A stretch of DNA of 63,756 nt, filler included, from Klebsormidium nitens (Eukaryota > Plantae > Klebsormidiophyceae): the NCBI GenBank assembly GCA_000708835.1. It is 5 parts of 5 records of this genome, joined end to end, with 100 filler letters (N's around TTAATTAATTAA, not from the genome) between each part and the next. Parts side by side here need not be neighbours in the genome. Positions count along the whole stretch, not along the records: positions 1 to 7,706 come from DF238019.1; positions 7,807 to 35,224 come from DF237813.1; 3 more parts are not named here. One strand, 5' to 3'. The notes below the pieces were generated by a model, which searched no databases, was not told the origin of the DNA, and worked only from the letters and a program-made list of their open reading frames with translations. Made by a program: the position numbers and the translations under genes. Each line of letters opens with the position of its first letter. The first letter of the stretch is position 1. Shown in pieces: positions 1 to 12,457 of the stretch.

Positions 1-1351
1 TTCCTACATATTCTCACTTTCTATGGAGCGGTGGACGGATGGAAATCAGTTTTGGTTAAGCTTCACGATGCAATCGGGGCGTCAAATCATTGTTCCGGAT
101 CCTTACGCTGTCGTGATGCCCCAGCATGCAAGACTCGCTATGTAGGCGAGACAAGTTACGCATATAGAAGCTGATAGCGGTTGCCGTATAGGGCAATGAG
201 AATCGAAGCGAAGCGGTCGAGAAGAGTGCAGTCTAGGGAAGATACGCCAGTAGTGCGCCTCAGCCTCCGCTCGGACTCCTATGTTAAGTGCTGCTCTCAC
301 ATCTCACGCTATTCCAGCTATAAACCCCCGCCCGGGGTTGGCAACCCGAATATGAAACGCGGATCTGTTAGGTGAATCATCTGGAGGAACCAGCATACGG
401 ACCTTAATCCTCGGCGACATTTACACTCTCGTTGTGTTGCTCAGGGCCGTTGACATCCTTTCTTATCAAGCACTAAAGTTCGAAGAAGTGTCATCTCCCC
501 TGCCAAACTTACATGTGCTCGACTAAGACGTCCGGTCTTGCAAGAACTTTCGACAACTTGTGACAGTTTGCCCTACATCGAAAAAGGTCGTTGATTCGTT
601 CCATATTTATTTGATCTATGTCACCAATTTTGTTTCGGGTCAATCACTGCGAGATGCAAGTTGCGTATGCGTTTCGACAGAACATTGTTACTCCGAGACG
701 CAGGAACTGGCGGTGTTTCCGCCTGGGTTCAGCTTGCCTTCCGAGCCGAAGTCGGTGCAAGAGGGCCCGTTCGGCCGACGGTTCGTCAATCCCAGGACAA
801 ACAAGGCATTTGTCCCCAAGGAAAGCGCCAAAGCAGCAGCGCTGCATGCCTTCTTTGACGCTGACTCCGGGGAAGTAGCGCTCGAGCTTTGCGCCTACTA
901 AATCTGGAGCTTCCGAAGATTGGAACCTTTGGAGACTCAGTGGTTTGTTTCTTGCGGATTGCACGTGTTGCATACTCAATGGCTACAAGTGAGAAAGACC
1001 GCTTCTTTACCAATATTGTCGCAACACGAAGCATCCTTGGCTAATCTTTTCTCCATGCCACGAAGGATTGTAAGCAAATCGGCTTCGCTGAGCAACTCAA
1101 TCCAATTATCGTGTATAGACCCACCAACGGTGCCGCAATGAATCTTTGAGAGTCGGATTGCTCGGCTCCGTCCGACAGTTGGTCCAAGAATGAAAGGTTG
1201 TGTATATAGCCAATCTAGCACTTGCCGATTGATTTGCACTAATACTTCGCCACGCTTGTGGACGAAACCAACAACCGGGCTTGGAGTCCCCTTGAGCAAA
1301 CAGGCGAGATGGCCAGAATGACTGAGCAGACCGTTTAATCCGTTGAGGTTG

Positions 1352-2509
1352 TGCTATTGAACGGTGATTAAGTCCGCCAAATTTTTGTAGTCAAGGTTCG
1401 GCCCGAGTTAGGGTTTAAATCCATGAGCGCCGGCGTGCGTGCACAGCAGTTGTGCGGTGATGCCTTGGAGGTTAGGCGGTTGAGAGGACCGTCAATGTGA
1501 GCCGTAGTTGAAGATGTCCGATGCTAGGACTCATGTGAGTGTGATCCAGGCTAGTGGCCTACTGGTGTGTGACACATCCTTAGTGAATCTAAGTAGGCTG
1601 TTAAGCCCAGTGGAAGGAGAGGTCCGTGGGACGATAGTGAGAAGAAACACTCGTGTCATATGTCATTCTAAAAGACGGGTTGTGTTGAGATTAAAGTTGG
1701 TTGACGGACAAAGTGTGGACATCAAGGACAAAAAGACTAACTACTTGTAAGATTATGATGAAAGAGAGTGAGGGCTTGACACATTAAGATGAAAGAAGTT
1801 GAAGACTTGGCAGATTAATTGAGAAGGGATAAAGGGCTTGGCAAATTAAGATAAAAAGGATTGAGTGCTTGATAGACGAAGATACGAGGAGCGGAGTTCT
1901 TGGCAAGTTAAGATAAAAGAAGTTGAGTGCTTGAGGGACTAAGATGAAAGGGATTGTTTGCTTGGTAGATGAAGACCGAATAGCTCAAGTGGTTGGCAGA
2001 TCAAGCCCGAACAGATTTGGAAGAACCTAGGAGATAAGAGCCTTGAAAAGGTAGATGCAAGAGATTAAGACCGGATTTGTGTGGACCTTTCGATCGTAGT
2101 TGGTTGGAGTGATTGAAGCCAGGCCGTCGATTATAGTATCCACGTATCTACGGGTTATGGTAAACCTGGACTAGGTTGGAGTAGACCTAGTTACGGGATT
2201 AGACTTGACTTGAACCATTGTTATGTGATTGATATTCTTACTAAGAGATGTTTGGTGAGAGTTAGAGCGCTCTTTTTGTGAAGACGCTTGTGTGTTAGGG
2301 TCGCTAAATTCCTCGTAGGTTCCAAGCATGGGCGTGTGATTTTAATATTGGAGAGAGGGAAGCCGCTCGTGAGACGCTTGGTGTGTTTCATATAGGCAAA
2401 CATTTTGCTTAAATACTTGACAGCTACCGGTTTCGAGCTGAAGTCGGATGAGCTGGCTTGGAGCGTGCTTGCGGTCTGATTGCCGAGCTCGTTTAGTACC
2501 ATAAGAACA
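1352..2509 (+). mobile_element. LTR-like sequence (~1.16 kb), long variant of the solo LTR at 3347-3770 (opposite orientation)
   Basis: Starts TGCTA and ends ...AAGAACA. Colinear blocks match the reverse complement of 3347-3770, e.g. GGTTAGGCGGTTGAGAGGACCGT, CAGTGGAAGGAGAGGTCCGTGGGACGATAGT and GGAAGCCGCTCGTGAGACGCTT. It has ~650 bp of extra internal sequence. No clean TSD. Confidence 0.65.
1765..2050. repeat. Degenerate purine-rich tandem repeat (~30-35 bp period) inside the LTR
   Basis: Recurring CTTGGCA(A/G)ATTAAGAT(A/G)AAAG-like units. Confidence 0.55.
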
Positions 2510-4168
2510 ATTGATCCTAGTGGCTTCGAAGGGCGGCTTGAGCTCGGTGGATGCGATTCTGCCGAAGCTCTTCGTGCATGAGCAAGGGTTTTAGCTGCCC
2601 GGAGAAGGGAAAAGGCGGTTGTGGGTCGGACTATGCTGTGGCATATGTAGCTCAGCGGGAAGGGAGCAAGGCCTTAGAAGAGCCACGGCAAGGGTGAGAG
2701 CCGGGGCAAGGATGATTTGGGCGGCCTAAGTGCTACACTGCGGTGGGTTTGGTCACATTGCCCGGCAGTGCAGCATGCCGGATTGGCGGGAGCTCATACC
2801 GGAGCAAAAGAAGGGAGGGAAACCTTCCACGGGAGTGGCCTTACGTGTGATTGAGGGGCTAGTTGCCGATGAGTGGCTCGTCGATTCGGGTAGCTCCCAT
2901 CACCTAACCAAGGACAAGAGCCTATTTGAGACCCTCGAGATGTTCGGGGGGAGTGGCCGAGAATTCACGTTCGGGGACCAAGGGACCTTGTGGGCAGAGG
3001 GGAGCGGCTCGGTTGAGCTGCGGTGCGCAACACCAAGCGAAGGGTGTCCATTGATGTCATTCAATGAAAGTGGCAACCAAGAGGTTGAGGTTGACGGGGC
3101 GGAAGCCTTGTAGCTCGAAAAGTGAAAGGGATCTACGTGGTCGACCGAGCGGAGAACGCAGGATTTTAAAAAGTGGTTCAAAAGGGGCTGCTTTCGGAAA
3201 CGGAGCGAGAGGGTGCTGCGCCGGGGAAGGCTGTGCGTTCGCGGTGAAAAGCCGGAAACAGCCGATTTGTGGCACCGACGGATGGGGCATGCCGGATATG
3301 AGAACTTGGCGAAGATGGTGCAAGCCAACTTCGTTGAGGATGTCGGTGTTGAGATTGGGCTAGATTTGTGTAGGTTTCACTCGTCATCGGGTCTTATCGT
3401 GGTGCCCGGCACTCAGGCTCGTCATTCGTTGATGGCAACCATGCATCCTGAGAGAAACACTCGAAGCGCCTCACAAGCGGCTTCCTTTTCTCCACAAACT
3501 TCTCTTCGAATGATATATGACAATAGTGTTTCTCCTTACTATTGTCTCACGGATCTCTTCTTCCACTAGGCTCACTAGCCTAAGTCACACTCTACTAGGC
3601 TCACACTCACACTCTAGCTGTGCCGTATTACTCATCTACGGCTCACACTAACGGTCCTCTCAACCGCCTAACCTTCCTGCACGCACGTTGGCGTTCCTGA
3701 TACGAAACTCTAACTCGGTTCGAAGCCTAATCACATTAATTCGGCTGACCATAATGACCGAAGTCTAGCAGTCGGCACGAAATCGGAGGCGATTTGGGCG
3801 CTCAAAATCTCGTTGTGTAAGCCGGGCATTATGGGGGAGCAACCTCGGCTTTCCTTCCTGGAGTCGGAGTCGGTGAGCATGGAGCCTCTCGAGCTGGTCC
3901 ACATGATGTCTGCGGGCCGATGCCGGTCTCCTCGGTTGGAGGGAGCCGGTACTTTGCCACATTAAAGGACGACTACAGCAAGCTCTTTGTTGTAGTCGCT
4001 ATGAAGCGGAAAAGTAAAATAGCCAAGGTGACTGTGCACGTGATTAACCGGTTGAAATTGCAATCCGAAAAGAAGCTCAAGTCGGTTCGGACGGATATGG
4101 GGAAAGAGTACGTCAATAAGGCCCTCAAGGACGTCTGGGTGCAAAGGACGGTGCACGAGAAGACCGCC
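2510..4168 (+). pseudogene. Ty1/copia gag-pol remnant (gag C-terminus, zinc knuckle, protease, GAG-pre-integrase, N-terminal integrase); frameshifted and truncated
   Basis: Zinc knuckle ...CGGFGHIARQC, protease WLVDSGSSHHLT, LWHRRMGHAGYENL, and integrase PLELVHM..GGSRYFATLKDDYSK...VRTDMGKEY. Protease-then-integrase order is copia-type. No RT or RNase H is visible. Confidence 0.9.
3347..3770. mobile_element. Solo LTR (424 bp) nested in the copia pol region
   Basis: TGTT...AGCA termini, flanked by the 5-bp TSD GTCGG (3342-3346 and 3771-3775). Removing it restores the frame FVEDVGTKSEAIWALKISLCKPGIMGEQPR. Confidence 0.9.
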
Positions 4169-4169
4169 C

Positions 4170-7100
4170 GATCGGCATCGATTTGTACGCGCATTCGTGC
4201 ACGTGCTCCTTTGCAGCCATCCACCCTCCCAGTTGGATGGTGTGCAGTGCAATTCGCCGACGTCTTGTTATCCTCCTCAAAATGCTTAATTGCTACATAT
4301 GAAACAACAAACAAAAGCATGACCGATAGCAAACAAAACCTCTTCTTCACTGGTTTCAAAATAACGCAACACACCAAGCCACAAAGGTCAACACATGGTT
4401 TCCACTACCCAATGCTTCACATATCTCATCTCAATCTTGCTCTTGATCAAAGTTGCATGCCGCCACATAAATGTTGTCATGTTTTTTCAATGCCAATCTT
4501 CAATCGGAGATTCCGGTGTCCAATGAAGGTGATTGCCGACCTCCGGATCTAGCCGTCTTGTCAAAGCGCTCACTCGAACCCAGTGATCACGAAATCGTTT
4601 GTTGCCGTTTACACACGCCGCAAACTCACCTACTTCTGTGATGCCTCGTCAACGGTCTACGACTTCCTAAACAATGAAACAATATGAGACAAACCCGAGT
4701 CGTATTGGCTCGTCAAATGTCTCAGGGCTTTTGATGCTTAGTCTTGGTGATCGCCGACACTAAGGCGCCATCCCTGTTGTCAAAGCTCTCACAACAATAG
4801 ACTGATCACGACAAGATTCCTTCCAGACCTAGATCGTGTAATAACACAAGCATCTTTACCCCACACCCAACGCACGACCATTTCTCCCGACCCACCAGAA
4901 GCCAGCATATCACCATGATGTAAATTACAGTGAGATGGTCACGGAGGCCGAAATCATGTAAAGTGATTAAACTCACCTGTTAAACACCTCAGCATTAACC
5001 ACGTGAAGATAAGCACGAGGACCGCTGGCCCATGAAACCCAACCGTCGCTCATTTGAAAGCACACTCGCCCTCCCTTGCCGAGGAAGTGAACTTGCTAGC
5101 TTTTGAGTCTTGACGAAGGTCTGGTGTTTCGAGAGTGAACTTCAATGTAAAAAAATATGAAACAGGCATAGACTGAAGTGGGTCACTTGAGCATGGGCAT
5201 CGCGCACCGTGTACCATAAGGTGCATGACCACATGCGTGACATGTGTTAATCTCAATGATTCAAAAAGACGGTTGAAGTAACGGTTCACAAGTGTATCTA
5301 CTATAAAGGTAACCACGTTACCAAGTTCCAACCCGTCCACCGATCGAACATTGCCGTATCTAGTGAAACCCGCCCCATCAGTATGAAAGATAGCACTACG
5401 TCAAATTCAAGTCACATTACACAAATTCCACATTGCATTAAAATGTCAAATCGTTACCATCAATGAAACGCAGTATTTTCACGAGAGGGGTGGAGGCGAG
5501 ACCTGTGGTACGAGGTGTCCTTCAATTGACCGGGGCGTCAAAGTCCCGCATTCAATTATGCGGGCCGCGGTACAATACGTGTTACGATACACTGACCGGA
5601 TACTTCAACGAGGAATCGCGCGCGTTGACCCGTCTTGAATCAGCAATGCGAGTGGATTGTACTGTCCAAGTAATAAATTTCACCTTATCTGAACCGTGAA
5701 TCGCTATTTTCACAAATAGTGACCGATTTTTTCAATTCAACCACGCGGCGATTCTGAAGAACGTGGGTGGTACGGGACCAATCTACGAGAACCCGCTACG
5801 CTTGTAATGAAATCTGTTCTAGTACCTACGGCTTAAACCTCACAATTTCTCTGGGCGATACCTCCGGCATGGACCATCCTCCCAACAGTGAAGTCTTTGC
5901 ATTGCCTTAGTGTGTCACTTTCTCCTTAGGATCTTTGTGATCCAAGTGCCAAAGATGCTCTTGCTGGTGGCCTTATGACCATATCCGTTTTGCTACAGCC
6001 TAAGGCAATGAGGGTAAATCCTGGTAAACTCTTCCGTGGCCATAGTATCCCAGTCCCCTCTGTCTGGCTCAAAGTGTTTGTTGAGCATTGGTGATATGCA
6101 GCTGATCTCCTCCAAAAGAGGCGCCTCACGAAATTCCGTCCCGAAAGAGGAATCCCGTTCTGCAAAGGAAGCGTATGTGTACGGCCCTCTTAACTGGAAT
6201 TCACGCTCACTTTGTGAGATTGTTGTCTTATAAGGTTCGCTTGTAAATTCCATTAGTCTGCCATGGCGGTCTCGTGCTGCCATCCTAATGAAACCGTGAC
6301 AGAGTAAAGCTTGAGCAGGAATTCACTTAGAGCTGCAACTTTTAAGCCTGAGCTGGTTTGTACAAGGACTCTTTCGCATTGCTTGATTATGTCTCATGGG
6401 CATTCACTGTGATGGACAAGCCTTGCAATCACGGCAGCTTAGATCGGTGGCGTCATTCGTTAGGAGCGGAGGTGGCGTCATTCGTTAGGCCATGGTGTCC
6501 GCCTCTCCTTTGCTGGCTGCTTGGCGTATGCATCTTGAAGCTGCTTTTAAAAGTCGCATGCTTGGTCCCCCAGCCTTTGTGGTTGCATGTCTTGTTCCAA
6601 GCCTTTCCGAGATTCTGCGATTCAGACTTCTATTGCCTAGTTCTTCGCCGATCCTGGCAACGATCCACGATTTGATCTATTAAAGCGCCCCGCATATCTT
6701 TTGGATAGAGTGAGCCAAGAAGTTCGAATAGAGTCCCTTACTGAGGCCTGTGAGACCTTTTCGATTCTGGGGAGATTTCTTTGGGCATCGATTCTCACGA
6801 GGAGTGGTAGCCTGTTCAGCAGGTCGCATGGTGTGGAGTGACTCGGGGTGATATTTGCCCCATGTGCGCAAGTCTCTGCGTAACGTAACGGGGCCTCGGG
6901 AGAATATGACTGGGCTTCATAGACCTGCGACATCCGGATGCTAATTGTTTTTCAAGACTGTTCTGCTGCTTTGTGTCGCATCTGGTCTTGTGCCCCTGCT
7001 GTTTACCCGCTGCTGACCGTTTGTCTCCCCAGCCGCTTCTAGTCGTCGAATCCCTTTGGTATCGTTTCGAAAATTTGAATTCCACATTTTTCTTGCAGGT

Positions 7101-7700
7101 TGTCCATTCACCCTCGATTCTGGCTTGTCCCTTAAACTTTTGATGTGCGACTGCTAGTGCGCTTTCGGCTGCGTTTCGTCGAACTGCTTGCCTTGACTTT
7201 CGTTCTTGAGGGCCAAAGATACCGCTGCCGAGTGGTCACGTGACAGTGATCAGAATTATTGGGGTCTTTGAGGCATTGCTTATGCAAATGTCTGTCAGGT
7301 CCTTCGTAAACGGTGTGCATTTTCTGAAGCCAATGATGTCCCAGCCCGGTGGTCGCTGGATCATCGTGTGTCTCGCTGCAGTCGGAGGCATGAGCCAGTT
7401 TGACGAACACGAATTCTTCCGTTGCAGGGCTGGAGTGCGCGGGCGGCTGGAGATGTGCGCCTCACCCTCGACGACGCGTGCTACATCGTCACGCGTGCGC
7501 AAGGCGCTCCGTCGCAAAGTCCGCACAGGTGCGCCTAGCGGATACGTGATTGGTGCATCTCATAGTTGACATGTGTCGTTGGTGGAAACGCCGAGCCAAG
7601 GGTTTGTAGAATTCGTCCCGGTGTATGCCGTCCCTCGCCGGATGTCCTCTTTCCCCAAACTCTGACCGCATTCCAACCATCGAAACCAGGATTTCGGTGC
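4170..7700 (-). pseudogene. Decayed intron-containing coding sequence, possibly DNA-transposon derived; product unidentified
   Basis: Minus-strand GTGAGT donors near 4630 and 4975, plus protein-like segments broken by stops (e.g. 5993-6283 ...APLLEEISCISPMLNKHFEPDRGDWDTMATEEFTRIYPHCL). No diagnostic motif recognised. Confidence 0.3.
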
Positions 7701-7706
7701 TAGAAT

Positions 7707-7806
7707 NNNNNNNNNNNNNNNNNNNNNNNNNNNNNNNNNNNNNNNNNNNNTTAATTAATTAANNNNNNNNNNNNNNNNNNNNNNNNNNNNNNNNNNNNNN
7801 NNNNNN
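7707..7806. other. Assembly linker N44-TTAATTAATTAA-N44
   Basis: All-frame stop linker at 7751-7762 inside the N run. Confidence 0.97.
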
Positions 7807-8336
7807 ACGTTTTGCAAGCCTGGCAAACGCAGTGTGCCAGAGCAAACCTTCCAGGCTCAGTTCAGTGACTCTGAGGCCCATAGCTTATGGTATTCCGAGC
7901 CAAACCGGGCACTCTGTGTGCAGTTCGGCAGAATCGCCTATCGACGGCGCTCGGCTAAACCCTCTTCATCCGACGGCCGAAAGAGTTGGGTGGGATTTGA
8001 GACTCGCGCCGCCCCGACAGGCGCACGCGTCAGCGCACGGTCAACTGGCGCGGCGCCGCGCCAAAGTTCAATCCAACCCGGCGCCCGGCCGCGCCATTGA
8101 AGTTCAATCCAACGCGGCGCGGCCGGCCGGCCCGATTGGGTTAACATCGGACGGTGAAGCGGTACTGCAGGTTACTCATCTGAAGAGGCATCGGGGTAAA
8201 AACCCGGCCAACAAGTAGGGCTCTAAAATATTGGACCTACACAATTTGACTTCCCGGTTCTGATCATCCCGGGAAGCAGTTTGGAACCCGACTCTCCTGA
8301 CCTAACCTAATTTTGACTCATGAGAGCCAGCTCATA

Positions 8337-8611
8337 GGGTATTCGCACTGTAGTTTCTAAAATTGAAGGACCCGACCACCCGAGCCTGATCGGGCTCGGT
8401 TTTGGCCCGTACCGTTCGCATTGGTTACTTTCGCCGAAGTTTCGCGTCCGAGCACCGTCGACTCGATCATGGTCTTCGGGCCCGAGAAAATTGAGCCTGA
8501 TCGGTTTCGATGTCAACTCGATTCAAAACCGAGCAGGCTCGGGCTCAAAATGTCCGAACCGAGCCCGATCAGGCTCGGTTTTGACTTGGAAAACGGCAAG
8601 TGCGAACACCC
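8337..8611. mobile_element. MITE (275 bp) with TIR GGGTRTTCGCACT and TA target duplication
   Basis: Left end TA|GGGTATTCGCACT, right end AGTGCGAACACCC|TA. Subterminal inverted palindromic blocks CCGAGCCTGATCGGGCTCGG at ~8380 and ~8559. Confidence 0.8.
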
Positions 8612-9745
8612 TATCACGCACACATCACCAGAGCCAACTTTTCTTTCTTGCTGGCAATCTGTGCTGCACAATGTTTTCATTGTTCAGCAGGTTCACGCTT
8701 TTGCATGGGGCGCTGGTTCAGCTCGTGCGGAACATGCTTTGAGACCGCTTTTAAAGCCAGTTTCGTTGTGTTGTGTACTCCGCTTCAGGTGGAGGGACGC
8801 TCTGGTGGACATTGAGGACGCTTCCAACATAACGTTGTGGTGGTGGTGAGGAAAGCATACATAGTCTGCAATAAGCTTCGTATTTGTATTCACTGTATTT
8901 GGTCTTAAAGTGACAGAAGCGTTGACTTTTTTCTGCGTGCTGCAATTGTGTTCTGAGATGTTCTGTAAGTCAGTGTTGCCCCAATGCTTGGGTTTATTGC
9001 CTTTCTGGTTTGCTGTGATCGGTGAAGACGGTTTTGAAGCTCAAACATCTTTTGGTGCTACCGTGAGGAGAAACAAGGCGCCCTCTGCAACTTCACTCTT
9101 CAGTGGTTTGAGCCCTGAACCTGTAACTACCAAAGAGACGGTGAACTTTCAGAGGCTCCATTGTTAGCCAGTCTACTGTTGGTAACCACAATGACCAGGA
9201 CGCAGACTGGTCAAGATAAACTTGCTAGCTAAATCGAGGAGCATAGAGCTGGTTTACTTGGTGGCGCCTAAAGGTCCTCAAAGCTAGTGGCAGCTGCTAG
9301 AAGTTGAAAAAGCATGACACCAAGACTGCTGCTTGTGTTTGAGGTCGGTTCCATTGGCAACCAAGCTCAGGGGTGGCTTTGTGGAGTGTGTCTGGATTTT
9401 TTGTGCATGGCTTGGGACACATGTACTTGTGGATTGTGAAGATTATGTTTGAGTAGCTGCCAAGATAGAGAAAGCTCCAGCCTAAATTTCCAATAAAGAA
9501 GGTAAATTTCTTTTGGGACCCCCCGAGCTGGACAGCTTTGGCATCTGAAAAGTTTCCAGTCAACTTCCTCATCAGACATAGGCAGAAGTTTTGAAGTTTT
9601 CCACTCACTCTAGTCTAAACTTTGTACATTGAGAAACCACTTCTCAGGCCGGTGAGCTGCTTGTCACTCCACAGGCTTGGCAGTCTGGTGTTGTACGCAG
9701 ATGACCAGTTGTTTGCTTTCCTTTCTCCAGGTAGAGAGCCCCACC

Positions 9746-12457
9746 ATGGCACTGACTACATCAACCAGTTCTAGCACGATCTGTAGCTTTGGCAGTAAGC
9801 TCAACCGCATAGCTAATGCAGATTGCAAGCACAGGCAAAGCCTAGCGTGTTCATCAAGGTATCCATCGTTACAGACGCACCCCCATGTCCCACTAACCGG
9901 GTTTCATTTTCACCCTCCACTGAGCTGCCGAATGATCTCAAGAACCGCAGGCCGGAGAGGCATGTTGCAAACGTGTCATGCTGCAAAGAGTAAGGACGTT
10001 GATAGGAGGGCTGTAGACAAGTCAAAGATTCTCAAGGAGGATCCTTATGGGACAATTGAGGACGTCATGTCAGAGAACGTGGTTTGTGTTCGGGTGAGTG
10101 GGCCTTTTTACTCCAGGAATACATTGGTTTCACACGCTGTGTATAGGTTCTCTCTGATTGTGTTTGGAGGCTTCGCACAAGGTCAGCACTTCTGTTTTGT
10201 CTCTTCATCCTGGACATGTCTCTTCATCCTCGGTTCTTGATAAGTTCCTCTCAGTCGTTTGTTCTTTCTTCGCCCGAACCAGAGTCCGAAAGGTTGGAGG
10301 TTCGTTGAGAGACTGCTCTACACCGGGTTCTTGCTTGCACCCTTTCCGGAAGTCATCATCTGGAAGTCATTTGTTGGATAGTATGGCTTTCACACTCATC
10401 TCTTCCATGTCCAGGAGGAAGACACGCTCGAAAGCATCTTGGAGTATCTCGAAAAGTATACCGGTCTTCCAGGTGAGGGTTTTACACAGTAAATCCTGTC
10501 AAGTTCTTCAGATAATGAAAGCGAACCTTGTGCACATGCTTGCTGCAGAAGCAGACTCTAAGGAATCAGCTTCCGTTGACGTGCTTTTCTAAAATTTGTC
10601 TCATTGAAGCAGTCTGGATACGCTTGACAAATAGAGCGCTCTGATAGTTTTCTTTGTCGTACTGACGAGCGTCTTGGTCCTTGTAGTGGTGGATGAGGAG
10701 GGGAAGTGCGTTGGGGTGATATCTGACAAGGTAAGTGTACTCCTTTGCGTGCCTGTAGCACCGAGTCTTTTCATTCGTGAATGTTATGAGTAACTCCTAC
10801 GTCGATTTGTGAATTGCATCTTAGTGACAGAGTGAAGCCGCTTCATCAGGTGCAATCAACTGTACGCTGACTGCCACGAAGTTGAGACAGGAGGCTTTTA
10901 CTGGGCGAGCTTTTTTTGCCTCTATGAAACTTCATTCGCTTTGTTTTTTCTTGCACTAGGGACGATGAACTGTGTTTGCTGGTCCTTAGATCCTACCACC
11001 CGCCACTTGTTTTTTAAGTTCCGAGGTCGCCATAAAGCAGAGCCGGCTTTTATTGCTTTCATTGTGGTGCTTCTCCATTTTGAATCCCAGAAAGACGGCC
11101 TCATTTGCCTCTCGAAAAAGGATTATTGGTGTCCATAATAAAACAGTACCCAAGCGTTCTGACGTCTTTTTCTCCTTGGAGGGGAGGGGACGCTTTTCTT
11201 GTCCTCATTTTTGCGGCTCTTTCTTGGACTCTGGAAATCATGGCCTGAACTCTATTTCAATGATCTGCAGGACCTGGTTCGCTTCATCAAAGAGCAGAAT
11301 CCAACGTCAGACGCCGAAGCTGAAGCGGTCTTGCAAAATAAACTTGGGTAAGGTCATTGCCCAATCGTGTAAGCATCGAACTTCTTGTTCGGAATCGACA
11401 TTCTATCTCACACATGTTTTAGTCCACCTGGTCTATCAGTCAGCAACCGACTAATCACCACGTTCTTAAACTTGAGTGCATTACAGTGGGTCGGTCGTCA
11501 GTCCAGTTTTGTTTTTCTCCCCTTCAAAGATATGCTTACCATTTTGGTGGCTGTCGTTCGCATCGTCGTAGTGTCCCTTGTGTGGACATCGACTTGCTCT
11601 TCTCAAAACTCGCGCTGACGTCAGCCGCCAAAATCAGCGTCATCACGAAGACAGTGATTACAATTGACTTTAGCGGTAGCACTGAGGGTGCGAGCACTGA
11701 GGGGGCCATGCATGACCTTAAGCAATCTCCAAGAGGCTCGGACTCATGCAGGGACTGTATGACGAAGCCCGCCATCACCATCCGGAAGAAGGCGGCAGTT
11801 GCGTACGCTGCCGGGTTGATGCTGAACCATAAGGTATGGCTTCAACTCAAAATAGGTTCGCTGTCTCTTTCACAACCGTGAGGAGCTGAGGAGTATGTGC
11901 ACAAAGATGAAGCACGTGGTCGCTTTGTGTGACGAGACACGGCAGCCCAACGATCGATCCATCCCTCTCTCGTTGCATGTACGGATTGGCATGCACCGTC
12001 TGCTTTCATTCTTCTACTTGCAAGTCTTCCTCGACTGCTTCTTATGAAGTGATCATTCTGTCGCTTTTCTCTCCAAGTGTTATCAGAAGCTGCACTGGTC
12101 TTTCTGCAATAATTGTCTCGCCTTGGCAACTTTCTCGCCCTTCACAGCCGTCTCGCTAAAATTGAAGGTCACTCTCTTTACCGGCTTGGACGTGTCCCAT
12201 CCACTTTGTCCACCCAGTCAAGTCTGCGCCAAAACTGTTATCGAGTCGGTAGTTGTTCGTTTTTCAATTGTGCGCATCGACCATGATCTGTGCAGGTTCA
12301 CCGTCTGCCTGTCGTCGACAAGAACGAGAAGGTGATTGGCATCGTCACCCGGCAGGACATCTACGAGCCCCTGATGCCCGCCGTTAACCCGCTGTACAAA
12401 AAGCGCGACATGGACGAAACGACGCTCGCAGAGTGGCACGACCTTGGGGACTACTAG
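9746..12457 (+). CDS. CBS-domain-pair protein (CBSX-like) with probable plastid transit peptide
   Basis: Exons 9746-10093, 10415-10472, 10687-10730, 11271-11347, 11752-11833 and 12296-12457, all GT-AG and phase-compatible. Motifs DVMSENVVCV, TGLPVVDEEGKCVGVISDKD, DCMTKPAITI and VHRLPVVDKNEKVIGIVTRQDI. Ser/Thr/Arg-rich N-terminus. A 5'UTR intron ends at 9730. Confidence 0.9.

Noticed and set aside
1-1351. ORFs 560-901 (+) and 976-1299 (-) as genes or retroelement internal sequence
   Set aside because: No recognisable motif, and no PBS or PPT next to the LTR at 1352.
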